DNA from: Cyanidioschyzon merolae
Taxonomy: Eukaryota
Assembly: GCA_000091205.1 (NCBI GenBank)
Contig: AP006501.2
Length of the DNA stretch: 64,000 nt
Direction: 5' to 3' (one strand)
The notes under the pieces were generated by a model that saw nothing but the letters and a program-made list of their open reading frames with translations, was not told the DNA's origin and did no database searches. Positions within the stretch are counted from its first letter, which is position 1; each line of letters opens with the position of its first letter. This document shows positions 1-11,350 of this stretch, one piece after another. The position numbers and the translations under genes were made by a program.

Positions 1-41
1 TCTCCAATTGGAGCATTCTCCATAGCTAACGCATCGAACAC

Positions 42-1136
42 TTATGCTTCATCCTCATCTACACCAGATTCGAGTTCCAGCTCCTCGTCTGCCAGAGACT
101 GATGAACAGGTCTGGGGGCTTTGGCAGCGCTTCGTGCGCGCTGTTTTCGTCGCGTTCGCTTCCGCCCGCCGCGTCCACGTCGTTTTTCCCACGGGCGGGG
201 AACCGCAACCGGCCGCAAGTAATCATACAACAGAGGTGTCGTGTTCGATGCCTCTGTTGTATGCCACGCGGCGCAACGTGCTTCTTTGCGCCACAGGTCG
301 AGGAGCTCCGCGTGTGCCCGAGCACCCATTTCACCCCTGCGATCCGTTGTTGTGCTCTCAAAAAGATCGACCCGAGCCATGAGTGCGATGCTGTTCGCTA
401 TTTTTCGGGCAATGCACCGAATGCGCCGTACGTTTGTTTCCGATCCGACCGCACCTGCGTTTTCTAAACCTGCAAGAATCTCACGGAGAAGGCTGCATTG
501 AAAAATGGCCCCCCGTAGACACCGGGGGCCATAGAAAACGTACGTATCCCGCGCTCCGATGAGGCGCAACTGATCGGAAGGAAGTTTGGCCAAGGCCTCG
601 AGGCCGCCGCACTCTGCGAGCACTCGCACCGCAAAGTTCTTCCCCGTCAGTGCGCACAAGTTGGGCGCCACAAACTCCACTTGGTCAAGTAATCGCATCA
701 TGAGCTCTTTCTCTTCCATCAAAAAACGCTTACTTCTCTGAATCAGTCTTGCAACTTGCTCCCAATCAGTCAGTGGCGGACCCAGTCTCCGGAGCAGCAG
801 TGCAAGCCCCATGCTGACCTCTGGCGGCCACGAGCGCTCGCCAAGCACCGCTATGTCGATTGGTGGCGAACGGTTACCCAGAGCCTCAACGATTTCGAGT
901 CCAAAAACTGGATCGCTCGTCAGTGTTCCCAAGCCCGGTAAGCGTTGTTCATAGGCGGCAAGCACTTGTCGACAGATCTCGCAAAGCCGGGAGTGCGTCT
1001 CCCGCACCGCTGCAGCGTTCCTCTCGAACGTTCTTTTCGTTTCCGAAAGCGTTTCCGCAGAAAACTTTACATCCTTAACAACTTTTTGGGAATCTTGGCT
1101 GGTTAAAAGCGTCCTGGCAGAAACGCCAGTGCTCAT
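42..1136 (-). CDS. Nop-domain protein (NOSIC + Nop domains), Prp31/Nop56/Nop58 family with a Prp31-like short N-terminus
   Basis: The translation contains a NOSIC-like segment (AAAVRETHSRLCEICRQVLAAYEQRLPGLGTLTSDPVFGLEIVEALGN). It also has a Nop domain (VAPNLCALTGKNFAVRVLAECGGLEALAKLPSDQLRLIGA...RRIRCIARKIANSIALMARVD) and a basic C-terminal tail (KRRGRGGRKRTRRKQR). The ORF-track start at 1226 is GTG. The first in-frame ATG is at 1136. Confidence 0.6.
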   Translation of the reverse strand: MSTGVSARTLLTSQDSQKVVKDVKFSAETLSETKRTFERNAAAVRETHSRLCEICRQVLAAYEQRLPGLGTLTSDPVFGLEIVEALGNRSPPIDIAVLGERSWPPEVSMGLALLLRRLGPPLTDWEQVARLIQRSKRFLMEEKELMMRLLDQVEFVAPNLCALTGKNFAVRVLAECGGLEALAKLPSDQLRLIGARDTYVFYGPRCLRGAIFQCSLLREILAGLENAGAVGSETNVRRIRCIARKIANSIALMARVDLFESTTTDRRGEMGARAHAELLDLWRKEARCAAWHTTEASNTTPLLYDYLRPVAVPRPWEKRRGRGGRKRTRRKQRARSAAKAPRPVHQSLADEELELESGVDEDEA

Positions 1137-1367
1137 CAAACCCGAAAAGAGGCGACTGCAACTGCGGTATTTGTCGTAGGAACGGCAACGCGTTCCGACG
1201 CGTGCGTTGCACTGCGGCTCCAGCACAAACCTTCTTGTTGACGCGTATTACGTAGCACCACAGCGTTCTGACCTCGCCTCACGAGATTTTTACAGACTTG
1301 TTCGGTCGCAGTGGTAAGCCAAGACAGAGAAAACGGCACAGGCTTCGGGTGGACCGGGCAGAAGCCG

Positions 1368-2870
1368 ATGGTTTCCGCAGGCCCCCCTCAGCGAGCCTCA
1401 ACGGGTGGCGGCGGCGGCTCCGGCGGTGGCAGCAGCAGCAGCAGCGAGGACTCAATGAAACCTGCTGAGCTACCGGACCTTGCAGTTTGGCAGCCGATTT
1501 CACTGGTGCCTGCTCGCTTACGAAGTTCACGCCACAGCGTCTGGGACGCGAACGCGCTCGAAGACACGGTGTCGACGCTCGATGACCCCTGGTCGTTGCT
1601 CTCTGCAGCTTCGAAGCTTTTGGTGGAAAAAAGTCAGGGCAAGCGCCCGGAATCTGAGCAAGGCGCTCTCTACTCGCAGCGAGACGCAGACATAAGCGCT
1701 TTGGCTCCTGTGAAAGGTCTCCCACTTGAGTGGCTTCCGCAGCAGAGCCTTCGGAGCTTTGGCCTGCGAAACCTCGGAAACACCTGTTATGCCAATGCCG
1801 TTATCCAGGCGCTGCTGCATACGCCACCGTTGGTGCTGAAAGCGCTCTCCGATGGATGCGCCAGCGCCACTCCGCATACAGGCTTTTTCGATGCTATGGC
1901 AGCCTTCGTGCGTCTCTGCCGACAGCTGCTCGTTGTACGTCCCTCCGGAACGAATGCAGTTGCCCCGACGGAAATCATCCGCAACTTACCCGCAATCTGT
2001 CGAAGGTATCGAGTCGGACGGCAAGAAGATGCCCATGAGTTTCTCCGATTTCTCTTGGAGAGCATAGCGAGAAGCTGTAGTCGAAGGGGTGAGCGTCGTC
2101 TCCCTTCACAACAGGTCTCCAGTGATGAGCTGGTTGCTTCCGATTGTAATCATGGGACAGGTTGGATTACCCGCATTTTCGGAGGCCTACTCCGCAGTCG
2201 TGTCATATGTCGAACATGTCAGCACAAATCGTATCGAACTGAGCGGTTTTTGGACCTCAGTCTAGATTTTCGGCAGTCGGCCTCGATCTCCAAGTGCCTC
2301 GAACATTTCGCAGCGACGGAGTTGCTCGCAGGCCGAAATCGCTATGACTGTGCGGCATGCCACGGTTACAGCGATGCGGAGAAGCAAATCCGCATTCGAC
2401 AGGCTCCTGTTGTGCTCACGCTGCATCTGAAGCGCTTCCACGCGCTTCGAAAACTCTCTGGTGTTGTGCGCTTCTCCGAGTGGCTCGATCTGCGACCCTA
2501 TATGGCTGAGGAGTTTGTGGCAGGCCCTGTGATGTATCGACTGTTTGCAGTGATCGTACACGAGGGCCATTCGCTGTCCAGTGGCCACTACTATGCATTT
2601 GTTCGGAGTGCCAGTGGTGCCTGGTTGCGATGTGACGATGAGCACCTGTCACGAGTCGGTATAGGCTCGGTTTTCGCGCAACAGGCGTACTTGCTGTTTT
2701 ACTTACGCGTGGATGCTGTACCGGGCGAAAGCGCTATTGAGACTTCGGAGGTATCGACCGCAACATCTGAACCTGATACCAAAATCTCAGGTGGGGTTTC
2801 GACGGCCCCTGATTTCCAGGCGAGGCAAAGCAAAAAACCGCGATCAGAAGTGAAACGATTCGAGTCGTGA
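1368..2870 (+). CDS. ubiquitin carboxyl-terminal hydrolase (USP/UBP, peptidase C19)
   Basis: It carries the Cys box GLRNLGNTCYANAVIQALLHTPP and the His box GHYYAFVRSASGAWLRCDDEHLS. Gly/Ser low-complexity sits in the N-terminal region. The ORF-track start at 1311 is GTG. The first in-frame ATG is at 1368. Confidence 0.85.
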   Translation: MVSAGPPQRASTGGGGGSGGGSSSSSEDSMKPAELPDLAVWQPISLVPARLRSSRHSVWDANALEDTVSTLDDPWSLLSAASKLLVEKSQGKRPESEQGALYSQRDADISALAPVKGLPLEWLPQQSLRSFGLRNLGNTCYANAVIQALLHTPPLVLKALSDGCASATPHTGFFDAMAAFVRLCRQLLVVRPSGTNAVAPTEIIRNLPAICRRYRVGRQEDAHEFLRFLLESIARSCSRRGERRLPSQQVSSDELVASDCNHGTGWITRIFGGLLRSRVICRTCQHKSYRTERFLDLSLDFRQSASISKCLEHFAATELLAGRNRYDCAACHGYSDAEKQIRIRQAPVVLTLHLKRFHALRKLSGVVRFSEWLDLRPYMAEEFVAGPVMYRLFAVIVHEGHSLSSGHYYAFVRSASGAWLRCDDEHLSRVGIGSVFAQQAYLLFYLRVDAVPGESAIETSEVSTATSEPDTKISGGVSTAPDFQARQSKKPRSEVKRFES

Positions 2871-5739
2871 GTGTGTGTAGGCGTGCATCACACAGCGACT
2901 TGGAGAACTGTCTGGATTTGGTACGCGAGTCTAGCCGCAGTGACACCAATACTAGGTGATAATCTAAATAGGTTGTACCTGACGGTGCATCTAGAACGCC
3001 ATTTACAGCTTCCGAGACGTCCGTACTAGATGAATTTCCGGTATGGTTATAGATGAAGGCACATTTTGTAAGCACTTTTTTCCGCCAAGATATCCGGAAC
3101 AGGCTGCGCTCCTGTAAAGTTCCAGTTGTCGATATATTGGCGTTTTCAGCGAACCGCCTCGCGAGACCTGCGCGATTTCCTTTGAAGACTTGTGTTGAAG
3201 TGTATCGCTATGGCACGGTACCGCTCTGAACTCCGGACCGTCCTCCGGATTGCTCACGAGCGTGTCAGTTCAGGTTCATTCGCAAGTCATTGCGAGCTTC
3301 TGCGCTCCTCGAGCGACCTCTACTGAAACAGGTCTGTTTCCATTCCGTGCAACCGCCAGTGCCGATGACGAATCGCCTCTGGCTGTGGGTGCGGATCTCT
3401 TGAGCGATGCTCTACTCATTGGTCAGAGCCCGGTGTTCAAGGACTCGCAGCATTTGACCCGGATCCAACGCACCAGAAAGCGGAGGTAGAGCTAGGTTTT
3501 TTACCAGTCTCTATGTAGACGCAGCTTATAGTTTGCATTAGGCGCTTTGCTGACAGCCAGTTCCCGTTGCGCGCCAAGTGGTGCTGGATCCGATGCCATC
3601 TCGACGAGACTCGCGTAGCCTATGCAGCTGAGTCGATGAACTATGAATTGCCCGACGCTGAGCTGCTAAATACTATAAATAGATGTCTTTGCTCCTTGAC
3701 GCTAGCATCTTGCATTTCATGGTCAATACGAGCACGAAATCGATTGCTGCCCCTGAGAGTCATACGGACCCACGTGCAGCATCTGGTACATATGAAATCC
3801 TCTGGAAAAAGCCTTTTCCTGGGATATCTGGGGAGCATGGACATCCTTCCCAGCTGCTCAGCGGGGAATGGTAGGCACGTGCATTGCACCAGCACTTTCG
3901 CACTCAATGCCGCGACAAATTCGGGATACGAAAAGTGGCACGCGCCCGACGCATACATCACGAAAGGCTCTTGAGTGTAGCCCTCGTTCCATATCAGATT
4001 CAGATGGATCACTGAGGTGCTCGCGCTGTTCCCCAATGTCGACTCTTTTCAGAACTTTTTGGTGATGTACAGCCTACATTTTCGAAATGGATCAATAGGG
4101 GCTCACGAATTCATACGTATTTCTGGAATGCTCGGTCGCCGTTTTGGAGTGACTCTTTCGACGCGTTGCTGCTGGTATTAGTTGCTTCGCCATCATCAGG
4201 GCGATTCACGATGCTTTCGAACTAGGGTAAGAAACGTAATCGATATTATGATCCAGTTCACACCTGGGAGCTTCCACGCTTCCGCGTTGCATTCGTGCTG
4301 TATACCCAAATGACGTACTCTTCACGTTTGCGATCATTCTGTTTCAAGCGAACTTGTGGGCGCACAAATTGCAATACTGGATATTCGAGCAAGCAGAATA
4401 CTCGACGTCGTCCTTTGACGATTCCCTCACGTGCTCGTTTCAGAACAACACGGAGCGTCTTATTTCAAACAATCGTTTCGGGTGCAAACCCAAATTCTTC
4501 TCTGCTTGGGGCCATCGACGAAACCGCATTCCACAGCACAACGATACCTCTGCAAGTACATGCCCTCAATGGCTCACATCGTTTCCCTTTGAATGGGACA
4601 AGGTCTTGGACTTTTACTTCAGTCATCGCAGGGATCGTTTCCAGCGGAGTATGCGTAAACGCCGTACGCGAACGGCGCACAGACTGATCGAAGTCTCTCG
4701 AGTTCTTCTTTAGACTGGATTTCGCCTGCAGTACTTGTTTCATCATGGACCAGCACCCTCTCATGGAGCAGCACGCGCTTGCACGTCCAGAGTACAGGGT
4801 ACTCGCGAACAAGTCGGCCAGAGCAAGCTCGTGATTGCAGGTTACAGCATCCAGCGGGAAAACGGAGGTGCATCGGAGAGACACGTTTTGTATCCGTCGA
4901 CGGATTGTGCCGAGCGATGGAGAAAGCGTTCATCGGTCATGGAGCGCCCCACGAAGGTTGAGATACGATGGAAATATGGGAACACATGAGCGCTACAAAG
5001 AGCACACCGAAGCTGTATGCAAGGGACATGAAAATGGCAGGCGAACCCCGTAAGTCGTTATGGCAACCCTGGCATGAAATGCTTACAAAACAGCCGGGAG
5101 CGTCGGAATAAAAAACTTTAACGCTGCGATGAACATCACTTGACTGCTAATACTAGTAAAGAGAGGGAACTGAGTCACCAATGTATTTAGAGCCGAAAAT
5201 AAAAGAGAGTGAACGGCACTAATCACAGAAATCGTCCACAAATGCTTGTGTTGATATTCCACAAAAGAAGAAATTCAAACTTCGAATGTACACCCAAGTT
5301 ATATAAATAGACACGCTCCATTGTATCCCGATATGGCCGTATCCTCGGGTTGTGCACAGCATAGAGCGCGCCACAAAATTTCATCCCGCATGGAACACTG
5401 TCCAGCGACTGTGCCTGCTACCTGCTCACCCGGGGCATCGGAGCTGTATACCATCGGACGCCCCATGAGATGAAGCGTCTGCAGCGCCAGTCGACGGATG
5501 CGTGCCACCACGAGCATGGATGCACAAAAGTTCAATACGATCTATTTATGTACATTTTGGATCGAAATGGTTCTGCGCGGAGATACACGCACTGGCGCTT
5601 CTATCTCGGCAGCTACGGCCACGCGTCCGTGCCATCGCGAGCGCGCGGCTCTCGGCAGGCTGGACGTGAAATAGCTCAAATTTACGCCTTATCGAGTAGT
5701 TGTCCTTGCGTAGTCTCTGCTCCACAACCTATCTGACGC

Positions 5740-6126
5740 ATGGCAAACGAAGACAAACCGGGAGCAACCCAAGAAACTGGAAGAACTAGTCGACTGCAGG
5801 ATATGGCCGAGCGGTTCATGGCGGCGGGTGTCGGTACGTCGAGAGCCGGTTTCGACTTCGCACCGGAGGCAAACGAGACGAGCCCCGAGGGCGGGGTCCC
5901 GATCCCTGGGGCCGGTTCGCCACCTCGAAGTAGCAGTCCCATGGCTCGCTCACCCTCGCAAGATATCTGGAAACGCACCTTTCATCCTGGCGGTCGCTCG
6001 CCACCAGATCGCAGTCTTTTCGACAGTGCAAGAGAGCACGTCGAAGGCGCGGCTAGCGGTCAGAGTGTAAGTGAGATATACGCCCAGAAACGCAACCAAT
6101 ATTATGTTGCGCCTCGAAAGGACTGA
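5740..6126 (+). CDS. hypothetical Ser/Pro-rich small protein (weak)
   Basis: This is an ATG-initiated 128-aa ORF with no recognisable domain. It lies in a lower-GC stretch with few ORFs. It is listed only as a possibility. Confidence 0.15.
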   Translation: MANEDKPGATQETGRTSRLQDMAERFMAAGVGTSRAGFDFAPEANETSPEGGVPIPGAGSPPRSSSPMARSPSQDIWKRTFHPGGRSPPDRSLFDSAREHVEGAASGQSVSEIYAQKRNQYYVAPRKD

Positions 6127-7894
6127 AGATTTTCTGGTGGCCTTGGAAGCGTCTGAGAACGAATTGGGCGAAAACTCCTGGTGCGGCGAAACACGCGTCC
6201 GAACTAGGAAGCACCTAGTCTGGTGTCTACCGTGCGCGTCGATAGTGTCGATGCTTTAGCAACTTGCCGAGAGTCATGTTTTCATGACTTGCGTAAAGGG
6301 CTCTTTAGTGTTTTGGAAATGGACTCCTGATATGCCTTCTCGAACTGATGTCGTACCGATCCGAACTCGGAGCGGGACTTGCCGCGCGGTTGTTCGGCTC
6401 GCACGACTCCCCGCAAAGCGCGACGCATGGCGTGCAGGCTGCACTGTTAGCGTACCTGCGCGCTCACGTAGCGAGTCTTGAGGCCCTGTGGACGAGACAC
6501 GGGTTCAAATACAGGATACATAGATTCGAAGCGAGCCTCCGATCCACTTGAAGCGTCATCTCAATGCGAGCAACCCTTTCGACACAAGATTCCAGGATAC
6601 AGCTGGTCTGCTGCGCACATGACCAGAGCCACGGCGAGCGTCATGACTGCCACCTTGAGGTAGCGCAGCGTGTTTCTCACGAACGACCTCGGCCATGAGC
6701 CGCAGGTCACCAAGTCCACACTGGATATGCTCGCCGTAGCGACACGTGTGACGAATGCCGGCTCCCGCTGCCGTCAGCGGCGATAGCAGCTCTCGATATT
6801 CACGGAGCGTGAGATTGGTGTGCATGCATCAGCAGTTTCCCATAATGTATGGATAAAAGACTCGTTTGCTCGTCATTCACGGCTGGTGTCCTTGTGGCAA
6901 ATTCCGCGTTGTGACCGTTTTGCCCATATAGGCGCATCCAGAGACCGCTCGCGACGCATATATCTAGTCGAGGTACCGTCCAGCCTAAATATTGCAACAT
7001 GCAGATCACACTTATGTATTTCACACGTGGAAGCATTTTTTGCTCCAGTAACCACACAAGTGGAGATGGATCCTGGCTTCCACCGCGTATCGTTCCCATG
7101 TTACGAATGCAAGCGGATATTGGAGACAGAGCGTAGCGGCTGACACAAAGAGCGATTGGCGGAGCAAAGGGTAACTCTACCTCGACATTTGCAAGCACGC
7201 ATGACCAGCATATTGGCAACAAGACTTCCGTGTGCGGCCTCGCAAGCGATACTGGTGTGGCTTTTCTACGTGGAACCCCACCGTGAAGTGCACTAATCAT
7301 GCGGGCACGATGCGCAACCACGACGCTTCTAGTGTACGCTTGGGTGCGTTTCTCGAACGGATGACCTTAAGGTGCCACTGGGGCAAGCTCTTCTACGCCC
7401 ATTGCCAGTGAGGATTCCCCCTTACCATGAGAGGCGCGCCCTTGAGGGCCAGCACCTTTACCCATGTACGAGTATTCTCCTCTGCCAGATTTTTGAGCCT
7501 TCCAGCATCTCGTCGAACTGAGCTGGAGTGATTGGCCAGATACTGGCCTGTAGAACGCTCACGAACACAACGTGGGCCGGGTTCACGGCAAGAATGGAGC
7601 TCACTGGGGATGATTTCGCGCACGTCGCTTCTCCAGGACAACAACGTGCTTTGGAATGATACGCTTTGCATTCAGGGACTGGTCTAGACTTGTACTCCAT
7701 TCGAGCCGATGAGGCCAATCTCCCCTGAGCGAAACAGTGACGCCATAATTTCGGAGCATGCGCAAAGAAGCAGCGTAGGAAATGGGTCCAATGCTCATTC
7801 ATGGACTGAAAGGAGCATCATTCCCGCCGAATCCAACGCATATGTGTGCTCTCCTAAATCGATACTTGAGGCCGCTACAAACGCTTACCTGCTT

Positions 7895-8295
7895 GTTGTT
7901 GACCGGGAATTTCTCTGAAGCGCGGAGCTTCCGATGGCGATTGTGAATCCCTGTGCCGATCCATACTGCCGTACTTGTTGTTGACCGAGAATTTCTCTGA
8001 AGCGGGGAGCTTCCGATGGCGATTGTGAATCCCTGTCCCGATCCATACTGCCATACTTGTTGTTGACCGAGAATTTCTCTGAAGCGCGGAGCTTCCGATG
8101 GCGATTGTGAATCCCTGTCCCGATCCATACTGCCATACTTGTTGTTGACCGAGAATTTCTCTGAAGCGGGGAGCTTCCGATGGCGATTGTGAATCCCTGT
8201 CCCGATCCATACTGCCATACTTGTTGTTGACCGAGAATTTCTCTGAAGCGGGGAGCTTCCGATGGCGATTGTGAATCCCTGTCCCGATCCATACG
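7895..8295. repeat. 82-bp tandem repeat, ~4.8 copies
   Basis: The unit ttgttgttgaccgagaatttctctgaagcgGggagcttccgatggcgattgtgaatccctgtcccgatccatactgccatac is directly visible head-to-tail at ~7897, 7975, 8057, 8139 and 8221 with only a few substitutions. The array is intergenic. It generates the repeated peptide ORFs at 7799–8340 on the minus strand. Confidence 0.85.
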
Positions 8296-8914
8296 TCCGT
8301 TATGCGTCCACGCTCGGCGCATGCGATGACTCGTCGGCAAGAGGCCTTGTCAAGCTACATCGGGCACGTGAATCGATCCGTCGTTCGCCAAGACACCCAA
8401 ACACTCCACCAGACCTATGAGCGAGGGTCAAGCACAGCGGACCTTCTCCGGACCCACTCGTGAACTTCAGGGCAATTGCCTTGCTTCGTTTTCGTACTCC
8501 TGGGGCGAGCGACTCGCATGCAGTCTATGTTTGATAGCGGGATCACCAACCCCTGCACATTAGGCGCGCACGACAAGCTCGGCTCTCGTTGGAACACACA
8601 AAATCACAATAATTTCTGGGGAGCAGTATGTCTGGCATCAGGTGAAACTCGTACCTAGAGCGGTGAATCATGGATGCGCTGCGGTATGCAGATACCAATC
8701 CCGGAATCGGGGATCTCTTGTCAGTGGCATCGGTCTGTTGATCGAAAAAAAAAACTGAACCTCCACGAAATCGAGTTCAACGCGGCGCCAAATCATTCAA
8801 CGTCGTTTCTCTGCAACAGCACGCAACTACGGTACTGTTTCCAAGCAAGCCGGGGTCTGCTCTTGCCCCGCACTGCCGCCGCTGGAAAGAACTGCTTGTG
8901 TACCTGTTTCACCA

Positions 8915-10009
8915 ATGTCTTCCACTCACGCCAGCTTACAGGTTTCAGAGGATTCAGTGAAGAAGCCCCTGGTGGTGGAGCGTGGTAAAGATTGCGCCCC
9001 CTCAAGGCCGAGTCTCTGGAGGCGGCTCGTACAGCACGGCAGCGCAGAGTACGTCACCGTAGGGAGTATGTGTCTTAACTTTTTCTCCTCTACTTGTATT
9101 GTGGTCGCGAACAAGTACGCGATGGATTCCCTGGGTTTTCGTTATGGATCAACTCTTACGCTCTTTCACTTTATCTGTACCTCAGCGCTTCTATACGTCA
9201 GTTCGCGCTGTTTTGGCCTGTTTGAACGAAAGCCGTGCGAGCTCTACAAGGTGGCAAAGCTCGCTGCTGGCGCTGCGGGCTTTGTCGTGCTGACCAACCT
9301 CTCCCTTCAGTATAACTCTGTGGGCTTCTACCAAGTCATGAAAGTGATGACAACGCCGACAATAGTCGTGATCGAGGCTCTCTTTTACCAGAAGCAACTG
9401 GAGAACCGGCTGAAGCTAGCACTGACCCCGGTCTGTCTCGGGGTGGTGCTGACGACCGCTACGGACTTTCGACTCAACCTGCACGGGACGCTGATTGCCT
9501 CCGCTGGTGTTATTGTAACATCCTTGTACCAGATTTGGTCTGGAACGATGCAAAAGACGTTGCAGTTGGATGCCCTCCAATTGCAGTACTACACGTCGCC
9601 TATGAGTGCGCTTTTTCTGCTGCCTTTTGTACCGCTCATGGATAATTGGCGGCCTGGAAGTCCCGATAGCATCTTCGCCTATGCATTCACACCATATCGC
9701 CTGGGAGTGATTCTGATGACGGGCGTGCTGGCATTTCTCGTGAACATCAGCATCTTCATGGTCATCGGACGGACCAGCCCTGTCACCTATAATGTTCTTG
9801 GGCACGCGAAAACCGCAGTCATTATATCCAGCGATTTCCTCTTCTTTGGTCGTCCAAGAGATCTCCGAAATTTCGCTGGCGTGCTGCTCACCATGATCGG
9901 TGTGGTCTGGTACACGCATTTGAAGCTCGAAGACCAGCGTTCTGACGCCAAGTCAAAGGTGAATGATTCATCTGGATCGATTTGCAAGGCGAGCACTGCG
10001 AGTCCATGA
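8915..10009 (+). CDS. nucleotide-sugar / triose-phosphate transporter family (TPT, SLC35-like) membrane protein
   Basis: The start is an ATG. The protein has a multi-TM profile and the TPT-like core LSLQYNSVGFYQVMKVMTTPTIVVIEALFYQK. It is 364 aa, typical for Golgi NSTs. Confidence 0.75.
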   Translation: MSSTHASLQVSEDSVKKPLVVERGKDCAPSRPSLWRRLVQHGSAEYVTVGSMCLNFFSSTCIVVANKYAMDSLGFRYGSTLTLFHFICTSALLYVSSRCFGLFERKPCELYKVAKLAAGAAGFVVLTNLSLQYNSVGFYQVMKVMTTPTIVVIEALFYQKQLENRLKLALTPVCLGVVLTTATDFRLNLHGTLIASAGVIVTSLYQIWSGTMQKTLQLDALQLQYYTSPMSALFLLPFVPLMDNWRPGSPDSIFAYAFTPYRLGVILMTGVLAFLVNISIFMVIGRTSPVTYNVLGHAKTAVIISSDFLFFGRPRDLRNFAGVLLTMIGVVWYTHLKLEDQRSDAKSKVNDSSGSICKASTASP

Positions 10010-10919
10010 TTCCTCGCTGTGGGTGCGGATATCGCGGGGCAGGAGCAGTTGCGCGCTCCCCACGAGATGGATCAGAGGTTTCTCGGCGGGCGCTGCACCA
10101 TCCACAGCATATCTTCGTATTCGCCACAGCCGACACGCCCAGTCCTGATCGATAGATTCGTAAAACAGGTACTTGCCGGCCGGCTGTCTGCAGGAATCTC
10201 CGCATGTGTCACCGTTGACGAAGATGCAATCCTGCCTCCATCGGAAGCCGCGTATTGGCGGTTTAGCGATCTTCCTGTGACATAATTCGCTCGACGCTTC
10301 CGATGGGAGGCATCTCATATTTGAGACATCGGCAGTGCGAGACATTCCAGGCGAGGTAGCATGCAAGCGCGTCTGCGCACTACTGTGCAGTCAAACCATG
10401 CGGTCGGTGCGGCTCATTACTGTCTACAACGAGCAGGTCATGATGGGAGAAATCGAGCCCTCAAGGCACCTCGGGCTGCTGGGTTTAAAGCCCGAAAATG
10501 AAGCCGGAGCCCCCGGGCCATCGCGCGACACAGCACTCCATATCGCCGCGCAGGCAAGGATCATATTGTGCCTTGGGTTGCTCTGAATGCCGTCCGTATT
10601 CAGATCTCTGCAATCGACTAGACGAGCGCTGAATCCGCAGCTTACAGCCCAAGTCTGCGAGGTAAACAGTGGCTTTTCGATTGCCGCCCACCGCACCTGT
10701 GATCAGGATGCGCAACCGTTTGTATGATTGGCATCTGAGAGAAGGCGTCAAGAAGCGAGCCATGCGCCCTGCTTGGCCGTCGTGCCATACTTCGACCAGG
10801 GCGCACAGGTCATTCACCAAAGGTGATGCATCAGCTGTGAGACATACCCAGCCATAACGAATTTCTTTGGGCGCGGTTATAGCCGCCGGCAAGCGGTCTT
10901 CTAAAGGTGTCTTTCGCAC
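9968..10919 (-). CDS. hypothetical gene split over two frames (ORFs 10485..10919 and 9968..10366), unknown function
   Basis: Two same-strand ORFs are separated by a ~118-nt gap and a frame change. No family was recognised. The pair is either an intron-containing or a frameshifted gene. Confidence 0.2.
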
Positions 10920-11350
10920 ACTCCCGCCGATGCACTCATCGCTTCGCGAATGGTAAACAGAGTCTGCATACCAACCACACGCAAAAGATCCAGTAATGAA
11001 GCGCTTCTAAATCGGGTCGTGCATCGGCATCGGAGACGCTGCACTAAGGATTCCCAACAAAGAAGCACTTCTGAGCTGGAGCGTGCACCGACATTAGAGA
11101 GGCTGCAACGGTAGCTTTCAAACATTTTGGGCATATGAACCGTTCCGAGTACATGCAGACATTGCAGAACGGCCCCATCGCAATATGAATGCAATATGCA
11201 AGGCGGTACCCTAAAAACAGCCCGCTTCAGCGTCGATTGTGATACAGCGTCTCCTACGCATAGGATCGCAAGTTTTCATCTGCTGAGACCGCATGCCGAA
11301 TTCGCCGTCCACGCCGCCTTGAGATCCATTATGGGACACGATTCATGATG

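Noticed and set aside
7799-8340. Three overlapping 111–151-aa minus-strand ORFs with repeated peptide MDRDRDSQSPSEAPRFREILGQQQ…
   Set aside because: They are translations of the 82-bp tandem DNA repeat in different registers and are not protein-coding genes.
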